Shown here: positions 49,811 through 60,560 of the stretch, one piece after another
Layout of the letters: each line of letters starts with the position of its first letter
Numbering within the stretch: the stretch's first letter is position 1
DNA from: Babesia bigemina
Taxonomy: Eukaryota
Assembly (NCBI RefSeq): GCF_000981445.1
Contig: NC_027216.1
Span: 930,001-994,000 of the forward strand
Direction of reading: 5' to 3'
DNA length: 64,000 bases
The notes under the pieces: generated by a model
Seen by the model: only the letters and a program-made list of their open reading frames with translations
Database searches by the model: none
Told to the model about the DNA's origin: nothing
Translations under genes and position numbers: made by a program

Positions 49811-50545
49811 ATGTCGGCTTTGGGTATGCCGCCGCACCTGTTGGTGCTCTTCCAGGCACGGCCGCCCCTGGAGTACGTGCCGCCGATAGAGAATGGAATG
49901 AAGCGTAAGCTCAACGGGATCGCCGATTTCGTAAGCCACTTCTCAAACGAGCACATTCCACCGCCTCCGCCGTTTGAGACCCCTCACCAGCGCGCTGACA
50001 GAAGGAAGAGGCAGAAGCTCATAGAGTTCCAGAACCAGCAACGGAAAGATCGCGAGGCGTACGACCCGAAATACGACCCGGCATTAGCACGAGGGTCGAC
50101 AAATCCGTGGTTGACGCACGACCCTTACAAGACCCTCTTCGTGTCTAACATTCCCTACGAGGTTACTGAGAAGCAACTGTGGAAGGAGTTCGACGTCTAC
50201 GGGCGCGTTAGGCGCGTTCGCATGATCAATGATCGCCAAAACCGCCCCAGGGGTTACGCGTTCATCGAATACAGCGACGACCGAGACATGGTGAATGCAT
50301 ACAAACGCGGTGACGGCAGGAAGATCAGCGGGCGGAGAGTCATGGTCGACGTTGAGCGCGCACGCACTGTTGAAGGGTGGTACCCGAGAAGGCTTGGCGG
50401 TGGGCGCGGCCGTTCGCGCTCCAAGCCTCCGAAGTTCTACGACGGAAAACCGCTAACTGTAGAGGAGGTGGTGAAGGAAACTAAGCCCGTGGTTACGTAC
50501 ACTGATGACATGATGGACGAAATTGAAGAGGGACAGGTTGTGTAG
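49811..50545 (+). CDS. SNRNP70: U1 snRNP 70 kDa protein
   Basis: MPPHLLVLFQARPPLEY, DPYKTLFV, RGYAFIEY, VDVERARTVEGWYPRRLGGG. Confidence 0.95.
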   Translation: MSALGMPPHLLVLFQARPPLEYVPPIENGMKRKLNGIADFVSHFSNEHIPPPPPFETPHQRADRRKRQKLIEFQNQQRKDREAYDPKYDPALARGSTNPWLTHDPYKTLFVSNIPYEVTEKQLWKEFDVYGRVRRVRMINDRQNRPRGYAFIEYSDDRDMVNAYKRGDGRKISGRRVMVDVERARTVEGWYPRRLGGGRGRSRSKPPKFYDGKPLTVEEVVKETKPVVTYTDDMMDEIEEGQVV

Positions 50546-50825
50546 CGTTTCGGAGCCTCAACCAGCTTGTCTAGGATTCACAGATCCAACTCGCCTACCT
50601 GCTTCGTCGGCCCGGCTCTTCGGCAAGCTGGCTCGCTAACTTACAACAGTATAACCAGTAATATAAATCAAAAACACTTCCACAGTGCCTATCTCATCCC
50701 GGCCAAACGATGTGCATGGCGCGCGCGGTTTTGAGCGTGCAACATCACTCTAAGGAAGCAGACTCTATGTCCGTTGCGTTTTCAGATGAATAAGCTCTGA
50801 GTCCGATACAATACCGCGGAGCAAA

Positions 50826-51722
50826 ATGGACATGTGTGACAATGCTGCTGCTCTGAGTGAACGTTACCTTGCTGGAGAAGGCTTCCAGGTGCCTAGCCCA
50901 AAAAACATCGACACCACGCTTCAGCTGCCACTAACTCTAGTTAGGCGCGTACCAGTGTCCCCAACAGCAGCTGTATTTGTGCTGCAATACCCGCTAGAAT
51001 TCGAGGAAGCATTCAGATCCCACGTGTTCGCACATTATTTGTTCCACGGCAGCCACTTCGAGCCGTCCGTGAAGGGGTGTTGGAACGGCAAAGAGGCCCC
51101 CGTGGAGGAAGGAAATCATGTAACACGCAAGTATACGCCGGTGTTTGTCGACGTGGATCGCCGGGAAGTCCATTTCCTCATACGTATATATCGCTGCTGC
51201 CCAGAGTATTCTGACGGTGGGCGGCTGACGCGGTGGCTCGAGAGCGTCGAACCGCAAGGAACGATACTGCTGAATCCGTGGTTCACAAAGTACGCGCTTG
51301 GGGAAAACGGCCTAATAGGCCTCGCTAATGGTGACCCAGTTGAATACAAGACGCTGAACATAGTCGCAGGAGGAACGGGAATAACTCCATTCGTGCGCTT
51401 CCTTATACACAACAAAGAAGCACGCGTTAAACTCCTCTACTGCAACAAGACGTTGCAGGAAATTCTCCTTAAGCCGCTCCTAGATCAGCTGAGACGGCGA
51501 GGCAACCTTGAGGTGAGATATCTGGTGACTTCCGAGGAGGCTGCCGTCGTTGACAGCTTCATTCCCACTGAGGAAGACGACATCGTTTTCGGAAAACTAT
51601 CGCGCAAGTATATCGAGGGTTTCTTCGAAAGTGAGGACAGCGTCACAGTATCCTGCGGGCCACCAGGCATGGTGATGACGGTTAAGAAAATCACATCTGA
51701 GTTAGGATTACGCACGCTATAG
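50826..51722 (+). CDS. NADH-cytochrome b5 reductase
   Basis: RKYTPV, GGRLT, VAGGTGITPF, LLYCNKT, CGPPGM. Confidence 0.9.
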   Translation: MDMCDNAAALSERYLAGEGFQVPSPKNIDTTLQLPLTLVRRVPVSPTAAVFVLQYPLEFEEAFRSHVFAHYLFHGSHFEPSVKGCWNGKEAPVEEGNHVTRKYTPVFVDVDRREVHFLIRIYRCCPEYSDGGRLTRWLESVEPQGTILLNPWFTKYALGENGLIGLANGDPVEYKTLNIVAGGTGITPFVRFLIHNKEARVKLLYCNKTLQEILLKPLLDQLRRRGNLEVRYLVTSEEAAVVDSFIPTEEDDIVFGKLSRKYIEGFFESEDSVTVSCGPPGMVMTVKKITSELGLRTL

Positions 51723-52894
51723 CAGTGTGATTTTAGGGTGTAAATACTCGTCTCGCAACCAAATCACAAAATTTTATGTCGCATACTGGAGAAAGCCATG
51801 CGGAAATTTCTGGCGAAGGCTACCATTCTCGCAAGGATGGCGGCCATTAGGCTTAATCGCCCTCTCGCGGCGGCTGGCAAGGATGACAAAATGTCACTAG
51901 AGACGTCACTACGTGCAACGGCGCTCTTGCATAAGGTGGTACCGATACTAGAAACTGCTCAGGTGCTGAACCACAAGCGGCCAGTAGCCTCGGTAGGGCG
52001 TGCGAATTGCGATGTGGGTGCCGAGGCGACCGGTGGAACAAGTGGCATACCAACGCAGGTGAAACTTAAACCGATTGAAAAGTGCCACAACGTCCGTGAA
52101 CAGGAGTGGCGCGTGCTCCGACCCGGCAAGGAGCGTGAAACTAGGCACCTGCGTTGGCGCAAGTAATACTTGCAGTCAACTATTATCACCAGAGCTTAAA
52201 GCATCACGCCAACATAGCAAATGCTATAATAATTTGCCTCTCTATACTTGAATGGTTATTTTATAGATACGTGCGAACTTTCACTATTCTCAGGGCATTT
52301 ACGCTTGCCATAAAACGAAAACGTAGCTTCGATTTTTAATGTAAGGCGCAGTCTTCTGAGACTGGGCGTCCGTAAATTGTTATGGCACCAGACAGGATGG
52401 CGTCCGAGACACCCGGTAACAGGACTAAGTGTGACCAGCATCCTATCCTAACGGCATAATGGCCATAAGCTATTAAGGCACAAAAATTGGAACTATTTTA
52501 ACGTAGGCAAAGTGTGCAAAACAACTCAAGGCACAGATTAGTGGCAGTTACATTATTGTTCTCATGGCAGCACGAAATATCCTTGGGTTGCGACGAAGAC
52601 AGCAAGGATGCATAGAATTTTACGGGCGATCCGATTGCAAAAAACTTACAAACACCACACTTTATCAGAGCTTTCAAAAACGAAAATACATCACAAAAAT
52701 TTTATATCAATGTGGATATTTATTCCATGCATTTCAGTTCATAACCGCCAGTAGTTCAGTCTCGGTAACCTAATCGTTGTTTGAAAGACTACCGTTTTAG
52801 TGAATAATATTCGATACAGACATAGTTTACCTAATAGAATCGATTCATTTTTTTCAAACGCCAATATTCTAGTCCGGTCTGCGTTTCTATAAAA

Positions 52895-53653
52895 ATGACG
52901 TCTATCCGTTACTGTTTACGACTAGGAGCCCCATCACTTGTTTGCCTCTACGTGGTCGTCTTTAATGGTTTGGTTTGGGGCGCGCCCCCAACGGATGATA
53001 GTGAAAGTACGATAGCTCCAATGGGCGAAAAAATTGCAGGCTATGCCACTAATGCAATTTGCCGTAACAATTTGGAGGCCATGCTATTGCTCTATGTTGA
53101 TGCGGAGGAGATATCTTCTTCTTTGTATGCCCTATCACTTACAATAGGGGAATCCAACGATTCACCAGAAGTAAAAGCATCACAGCAAAAGGAGTGTGAC
53201 GAATATAGGGAGAACCTTAAAACATTAATACCCACTCTCCGAGAATACGTCAATTTAAGAGATTTGTTTAATAATTACCTGGCGATTATGGACGAATTTC
53301 ACGCAGGCGATCTAACATACGAGAGAATGACTGAACTCAGTGAGGCTGTGTTAAATCTGGAACAAGAATTCGAAGGTAAGGAGGAGCTAGCAGAAAACAT
53401 GATTGGATCAAAATTCGTCGAATATGTATCAGGAAATATACGACAAGTGGAAGAGTTCCTTGCAGAACATAGGGCTCCGGAGTCACTTGAATCAAATAAA
53501 CCTGCCGAACCAAGTTTGAGAGCAAAAACACCTTCACCAAGTGCAACCAGTCAGAAGGTACCCACGAATGAAAGAAAGTCTGCAGGTGACATGATAAAGA
53601 CGATAATTGCTATTAAAACGATGACCATTCTTTCTCTAATTGCAGTTCTCTGA
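52895..53653 (+). CDS. Putative GPI-anchored/secreted surface protein
   Basis: Signal peptide (LVCLYVVVFNGLVWG), helical acidic core, Pro/Ser linker (KPAEPSLRAKTPSPS), hydrophobic C-terminus with no cytoplasmic tail. Confidence 0.7.
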   Translation: MTSIRYCLRLGAPSLVCLYVVVFNGLVWGAPPTDDSESTIAPMGEKIAGYATNAICRNNLEAMLLLYVDAEEISSSLYALSLTIGESNDSPEVKASQQKECDEYRENLKTLIPTLREYVNLRDLFNNYLAIMDEFHAGDLTYERMTELSEAVLNLEQEFEGKEELAENMIGSKFVEYVSGNIRQVEEFLAEHRAPESLESNKPAEPSLRAKTPSPSATSQKVPTNERKSAGDMIKTIIAIKTMTILSLIAVL

Positions 53654-53814
53654 TTTCAGACATCCGTTAACTCAAATTACGTATGTAACGCATATTGGAA
53701 GTATACTGTTTTTAGATATGTCCAATGTGCTTAAGGGCTACGCATGATATGGATTGTTATCGCTTATCCTATACACCCCCCCCTGCACGCTGCTAGTTTT
53801 GACACATGGCATGC

Positions 53815-56481
53815 CACCCTTTCCAAGCGTCTTGCGTGATACACGATTGACGCTGTGTGATGCCGTCCTTAGCTTCTCGCCAGGGTGAGGCAAGCAAACG
53901 ATTCGCGGAATCCAGCACTCATCTACGTACAGAGCACCGTCACGTCTGTATCTCTGATGCAAATCAATAGCGTGCACGTTCGGAACCTAACTGTGATGAA
54001 ACATCGCGTCGCTAGGTGACGCAATCTACCGAGGTTATTACGTCATGCACTCAGCAGGAGCCACATTTAAATAACGGGGCGGAGACAGGACCTCTCAAGG
54101 GCGGCACTGATATCTCATACAAGTGAGAAGCCGCAAAGTAGCTCACAGTGTGATCTACAAACTGCGCCTATTTACGCGTCTGTTGGACATACGGAAATTG
54201 AAACGTCTCACGCTGAAACGCACGCCGCTAACCTCAGCCATGAACGTAATTCAGTAGAAGTCCTTGACTGTGTTCGCGTTCATACTACGGCACCAGCATT
54301 GTACATGAATGTTGTTTACATAAACCCAGCAATGTCTACGTTTCATAAATTAGAGATATTCCGTGAGGGTTCGTATGGCGGCCACCGACTGGTGATCCTG
54401 CTTCAATCGATTGTCGAACCCCTTGTGCAGTTCAGCTGTGATTGTTATCTAATAGAAAGCCCAAAATCCAGCGAGGTCGTATATTTTTTCCATAATTTGC
54501 AGATTCAAACCTTCCAATGCATTGCGGATGTCTGAGCCGGTCATTCCAGCGTGGCATTCCAGCTCCTTGAAACCCACAACCTTCAGGTGCTCTCGCGGGC
54601 GCTTGACATCTCTAGAGAGCGACGCTTTCAAGTGTGCTGGGTTGCTAGTTCTCCGTAGATAATAAAGGCCTGTGTACAACATTGGCGCGATTCCCACAAG
54701 TACCACTGCGCAATCTTCCGGCTTTTCCGAACATGATTTCTTCCAAGTTGCTTCTGAATTATAAGCAGATAAATACTGCTCAGGGAGTACGATATGCTCC
54801 AGGAAGCTCTCGCAACCATCCACAATCCTACCTAGGTCCTCTGCGATTTTTTCAGGTACGGCACGCCTGGCACGCACGACATTCGAAAAATCGCTGTCGT
54901 TTATGGGAAACGGGTACTTAAGGTGGTCTATGTTTTGTGTCTTCACATGGTTGTTGAATCTCCCCAGCAGCTCGTTTGCAGGCCACATGTCCTTAAATTC
55001 CTGTCGCTCCAGGAACTCTTTCGAAATAAGCTTAACATTCTCGAGAGCTGGCACCTCCGTGAAGCCTACAGGCTTGTCTACGAGAAAGTCGTATAGGGCA
55101 GCGCCCATGGCCGCTAAGTTCTTTTCAGCATCGGCTCCCTTCACGGCCAACAACCAGTCAATACCTTCTTTAAGGTTACGAGGGATGTCAGTCAACGAAG
55201 TGTACACCATTTTGGGAAGCGCTTCTAAATTGGCCGACTTCTATGAACGTGTTTGAATTTGGTATATTTATAGGCCGATTTGCAAACGACGCGCGTATCT
55301 AAATAGCTGTGTCTTAATCGCGGATCAGCACAACAGTGTCGTTGCCGCGTAATACGTACGAACTTATTATATATATAACGACACGCATATAATTAAATAG
55401 GCGGAAGATGATGTTACGATGGCAACGAAGCCACCGTGTCTTAGATCCGCATATTAACGTGACATGCATTACGCGGTACGCGAGTCATTGGGGTAGACAA
55501 GGCTCGGCGATCACTGGCATACTGAGCGTATATGTGTTGGAAAATTTTTCAATGACTGTATAATTTAAAAATGTTATGACGGATTGCCGGTAGTACGTTG
55601 GAGTGCCGATGGAGTCTGCTGGCGGCTGCGTGTTCTCAACACACCAGTAGCCAGGTGGCGACTCCGGGCTCTCATTCTAGTGTCTTCCTCTATTGGTATA
55701 ATTGTTTATTACTTTGAGTGTTTGCCACAACTTTCGTTTTGAGCGCTTTTCGCTTCATAACAGCTACACACTACGACGTGTGGGTTCATTTGTGTCGTAT
55801 AACATTTATGCTACCGGATTGTATCGTAACGTGTCGTGGAATGCAGCGTAGTGCTGTGTTTGATACCACTGTGTGTATGTGTGTAAGTACGGTATCCTGG
55901 ATCTCTGTAACAGTTTGTTTTTTGCATTAATGGTGTGCATTGCTCTGCGGTTGCTTCCTCTCACATCTGGAGACTTCGCCACACGTCAGAGAGCCGTATG
56001 AACCCCTTGAATTCGGTACGGACTTAAGCATCGGGATTCCTGAGCTGCAGTTCCGACGCTGTCACTGAGCGTTTGAGCATGACAGCGTGCGCTTATTTGA
56101 ATTCCAATGGAGGGTTATTCCTCCAGCTCCGGCAGTCACCTTCCCACTGCATCCTTCTGCGATGTTAATCGGCCGACAAGTGCCTGTGTGGACAACGGTG
56201 CGGGATTAAGATGCCGACGGTTCACACTTAGCCCCTATAGTGTCACATAATCCTTCACATGTTGTGCATTGACCCGGCAAATTATGTATAACCCAGCAAG
56301 GCACTCGCCAGGTACAGGCTTGGGTTATCACCTGCATTGATCCGCAAGATAAAGTGAGGACAACCCAATTATTACATTACCTTCTAGTTGTCAGTTAGGT
56401 GGGCCACGAAAGTCGTTGCTTGAAGGAAGTGCAGAGAGTATGGGTTAAAAGTACAAACACGTTACGTTGCAGTTCGTGAAA
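53815..56481. repeat. Left arm (2,667 bp) of a large inverted repeat
   Basis: Reverse complement of 57026-59692. Paired coordinates sum to 113507 at every checkpoint examined, so no indels were seen. Confidence 0.97.
54449..55210 (-). CDS. Short VESA1-family (ves-like) protein, copy A
   Basis: MVYTSLTDIPRNLKEGIDWLL (VESA N-terminal SLTxxPxNLKExIDWxL motif), YLSAY, CAVVLVGIAPMLY.GL, ends DLAGFWAFY. 253 aa, no long C-terminal TM/tail region. Confidence 0.85.
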   Translation of the reverse strand: MVYTSLTDIPRNLKEGIDWLLAVKGADAEKNLAAMGAALYDFLVDKPVGFTEVPALENVKLISKEFLERQEFKDMWPANELLGRFNNHVKTQNIDHLKYPFPINDSDFSNVVRARRAVPEKIAEDLGRIVDGCESFLEHIVLPEQYLSAYNSEATWKKSCSEKPEDCAVVLVGIAPMLYTGLYYLRRTSNPAHLKASLSRDVKRPREHLKVVGFKELECHAGMTGSDIRNALEGLNLQIMEKIYDLAGFWAFY

Positions 56482-56588
56482 GCATAATTTTTTCGCTGTG
56501 TTATCTCTGGACGGACCGTTTTACAGGGAGTGTACATGCGACCAACTCGACGTGGCGATAAGCGCGGTGCTGAATATCAATAGCACGG

Positions 56589-56993
56589 TCATTCGTCACT
56601 GGAATGATTTGAGTCCTGCGCCGTAATCCGATGTGACTCTCGAGGCGGAGCCGGATTTTCAAAGTGGCTAGTGGCTGGTTTACTTCTTACTGCGTTACGA
56701 CATCTAGCATCCTGACTCTCCGCATCGCTACGACGAGTAGGGACAATACGATTTAATAGAGACATAATAATATGACCAACTACATATATGATAAATAAAT
56801 ATCTGTGAATAAGGCGATAGATAACATCGTTATAAACATTGTCGTCCGCTTCTATGCGTGCTACTTTTTTATCAAAACCCTCCACGGCACGTTTGGGACG
56901 AAGAAAGCTATTGTCAAGACTGCGGTTATTACATTTGTCTTTACGATCCGTATCGTCGGCAGTTGGCCTGTTATCACCGCGAAGATCATGCAT
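56589..56993 (-). CDS. Hypothetical single-TM protein in the palindrome spacer
   Basis: 134-aa ATG ORF filling most of the unique spacer, with hydrophobic YLFIIYVVGHIIMSLL. Confidence 0.35.
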   Translation of the reverse strand: MHDLRGDNRPTADDTDRKDKCNNRSLDNSFLRPKRAVEGFDKKVARIEADDNVYNDVIYRLIHRYLFIIYVVGHIIMSLLNRIVPTRRSDAESQDARCRNAVRSKPATSHFENPAPPRESHRITAQDSNHSSDE

Positions 56994-57025
56994 ACATATT
57001 TTACAGCATATACGATAGTTGACGG

Positions 57026-59692
57026 TTTCGCGAACTGCAACGTAACGTGTTTGTACTTTTAACCCATACTCTCTGCACTTCCTTCAAGCAACGACTTTCG
57101 TGGCCCACCTAACTGACAACTAGAAGGTAATGTAATAATTGGGTTGTCCTCACTTTATCTTGCGGATCAATGCAGGTGATAACCCAAGCCTGTACCTGGC
57201 GAGTGCCTTGCTGGGTTATACATAATTTGCCGGGTCAATGCACAACATGTGAAGGATTATGTGACACTATAGGGGCTAAGTGTGAACCGTCGGCATCTTA
57301 ATCCCGCACCGTTGTCCACACAGGCACTTGTCGGCCGATTAACATCGCAGAAGGATGCAGTGGGAAGGTGACTGCCGGAGCTGGAGGAATAACCCTCCAT
57401 TGGAATTCAAATAAGCGCACGCTGTCATGCTCAAACGCTCAGTGACAGCGTCGGAACTGCAGCTCAGGAATCCCGATGCTTAAGTCCGTACCGAATTCAA
57501 GGGGTTCATACGGCTCTCTGACGTGTGGCGAAGTCTCCAGATGTGAGAGGAAGCAACCGCAGAGCAATGCACACCATTAATGCAAAAAACAAACTGTTAC
57601 AGAGATCCAGGATACCGTACTTACACACATACACACAGTGGTATCAAACACAGCACTACGCTGCATTCCACGACACGTTACGATACAATCCGGTAGCATA
57701 AATGTTATACGACACAAATGAACCCACACGTCGTAGTGTGTAGCTGTTATGAAGCGAAAAGCGCTCAAAACGAAAGTTGTGGCAAACACTCAAAGTAATA
57801 AACAATTATACCAATAGAGGAAGACACTAGAATGAGAGCCCGGAGTCGCCACCTGGCTACTGGTGTGTTGAGAACACGCAGCCGCCAGCAGACTCCATCG
57901 GCACTCCAACGTACTACCGGCAATCCGTCATAACATTTTTAAATTATACAGTCATTGAAAAATTTTCCAACACATATACGCTCAGTATGCCAGTGATCGC
58001 CGAGCCTTGTCTACCCCAATGACTCGCGTACCGCGTAATGCATGTCACGTTAATATGCGGATCTAAGACACGGTGGCTTCGTTGCCATCGTAACATCATC
58101 TTCCGCCTATTTAATTATATGCGTGTCGTTATATATATAATAAGTTCGTACGTATTACGCGGCAACGACACTGTTGTGCTGATCCGCGATTAAGACACAG
58201 CTATTTAGATACGCGCGTCGTTTGCAAATCGGCCTATAAATATACCAAATTCAAACACGTTCATAGAAGTCGGCCAATTTAGAAGCGCTTCCCAAAATGG
58301 TATACACTTCGTTGACTGACATCCCTCGTAACCTTAAAGAAGGTATTGACTGGTTGTTGGCCGTGAAGGGAGATGATGCTGAAAAGAACTTAGCGGCCAT
58401 GGGCGCTGCCCTATACGACTTTCTCGTAGACAAGCCTGTAGGCTTCACGGAGGTGCCAGCTCTCGAGAATGTTAAGCTTATTTCGAAAGAGTTCCTGGAG
58501 CGACAGGAATTTAAGGACATGTGGCCTGCAAACGAGCTGCTGGGGAGATTCAACAACCATGTGAAGACACAAAACATAGACCACCTTAAGTACCCGTTTC
58601 CCATAAACGACAGCGATTTTTCGAATGTCGTGCGTGCCAGGCGTGCCGTACCTGAAAAAATCGCAGAGGACCTAGGTAGGATTGTGGATGGTTGCGAGAG
58701 CTTCCTGGAGCATATCGTACTCCCTGAGCAGTATTTATCTGCTTATAATTCAGAAGCGACGTGGGATGCGTCATGCGCAAAAGATCCGGAAGCTTGCGCT
58801 GCCGTCCTCGTGGGAATCGCGCCAATGTTGTACACAGGCCTTTATTATCTACGGAGAACTAGCAACCCAGCACACTTGAAAGCGTCGCTCTCTAGAGATG
58901 TCAAGCGCCCGCGAGAGCACCTGAAGGTTGTGGGTTTCAAGGAGCTGGAATGCCACGCTGGAATGACCGGCTCAGACATCCGCAATGCATTGGAAGGTTT
59001 GAATCTGCAAATTATGGAAAAAATATACGACCTCGCTGGATTTTGGGCTTTCTATTAGATAACAATCACAGCTGAACTGCACAAGGGGTTCGACAATCGA
59101 TTGAAGCAGGATCACCAGTCGGTGGCCGCCATACGAACCCTCACGGAATATCTCTAATTTATGAAACGTAGACATTGCTGGGTTTATGTAAACAACATTC
59201 ATGTACAATGCTGGTGCCGTAGTATGAACGCGAACACAGTCAAGGACTTCTACTGAATTACGTTCATGGCTGAGGTTAGCGGCGTGCGTTTCAGCGTGAG
59301 ACGTTTCAATTTCCGTATGTCCAACAGACGCGTAAATAGGCGCAGTTTGTAGATCACACTGTGAGCTACTTTGCGGCTTCTCACTTGTATGAGATATCAG
59401 TGCCGCCCTTGAGAGGTCCTGTCTCCGCCCCGTTATTTAAATGTGGCTCCTGCTGAGTGCATGACGTAATAACCTCGGTAGATTGCGTCACCTAGCGACG
59501 CGATGTTTCATCACAGTTAGGTTCCGAACGTGCACGCTATTGATTTGCATCAGAGATACAGACGTGACGGTGCTCTGTACGTAGATGAGTGCTGGATTCC
59601 GCGAATCGTTTGCTTGCCTCACCCTGGCGAGAAGCTAAGGACGGCATCACACAGCGTCAATCGTGTATCACGCAAGACGCTTGGAAAGGGTG
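57026..59692. repeat. Right arm (2,667 bp) of a large inverted repeat
   Basis: Reverse complement of 53815-56481. Confidence 0.97.
58297..59058 (+). CDS. Short VESA1-family (ves-like) protein, copy B
   Basis: 253 aa, identical to copy A except A26D and the patch WDASCAKDPEACAAV versus WKKSCSEKPEDCAVV. Confidence 0.85.
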   Translation: MVYTSLTDIPRNLKEGIDWLLAVKGDDAEKNLAAMGAALYDFLVDKPVGFTEVPALENVKLISKEFLERQEFKDMWPANELLGRFNNHVKTQNIDHLKYPFPINDSDFSNVVRARRAVPEKIAEDLGRIVDGCESFLEHIVLPEQYLSAYNSEATWDASCAKDPEACAAVLVGIAPMLYTGLYYLRRTSNPAHLKASLSRDVKRPREHLKVVGFKELECHAGMTGSDIRNALEGLNLQIMEKIYDLAGFWAFY

Positions 59693-60560
59693 TGCGTTGG
59701 CGTATTCCGTGGGTATTTTATTGTCTTTAAACTAGTGGAACTAGTTGTATGAGCCGTAGTTCATGATGAAACGAGGGATTCGACTTATGGGATACGCGCC
59801 GCATTTGCGAATCACGTGGACATTCTGTATTATTTACTAATATTCTTGGTTGTAATATTTCAGCGATGAACATTGTTAGGTACTCTGCCTTCCCGTTCAA
59901 CGATACAACGCAGCTTCATGTACTTCATATAATATTTTGATCTAAATGGTCATGAAAATGTAGTATTTTACATCATCGATTCCACTTATGCAGTATAGAA
60001 ACGTGCTCCAGCATATTTCTTACATCTTTGTTTATGTCACTGATGTCTCCATTCCAGCAACCTCTATCATCGCATACATTACAATGTTGTTTGATCCATT
60101 TCCATATGAAAGTTTTTATCTAGTTGCAACCCCTAGCAGCAGACATGTCATCCTTACAGAATATTTAAAAGTAGGCAACAAGCATGGCAAAATCGGGACT
60201 CCATATGTGACGTCTCCGCAGTTGCAATTTAGGCGCGCAGTAAGAATTTTCTTTGCATCTCTTGTTATCGCGTTGGGCAACAAATACTTTAATCCCAACT
60301 ACACAACAAAGTATTCACGCTGACGACGCATCTAAAAATTCCGTTGCTACATATTATGGTCATTAACCTAGTTTTCGTTGTTTGCGCAGAAGCATTTTAG
60401 ATTGTTTGCAGTCTTCATGTCTTTATATGAAGTGTGTACATTTAATTGTGGACGTTTATCAATTGAATGAGTGAATGCATTTTCTCTATACCGCAGCAAG
60501 ACGTTGTCGAATCCCCGTAATTGATTTTCCCCAAAGCTTAATGTACCCACCTGCGACAAG

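Noticed and set aside
51798..52166. 122-aa ORF after cytochrome b5 reductase
   Set aside because: No recognisable motif or coding-like bias; may be UTR or intergenic.
53738..53977. Duplicated short ORFs at the arm ends and within the arms (also 59530-59730, 55718-55930, 57577-57789)
   Set aside because: GTG starts, and they recur only because of the inverted duplication.
53815..59692. Palindrome as a simple read-foldback artefact
   Set aside because: The unique 544-bp spacer, distinct outer flanks and frame-preserving clustered differences argue against it, though read-level confirmation is still needed.
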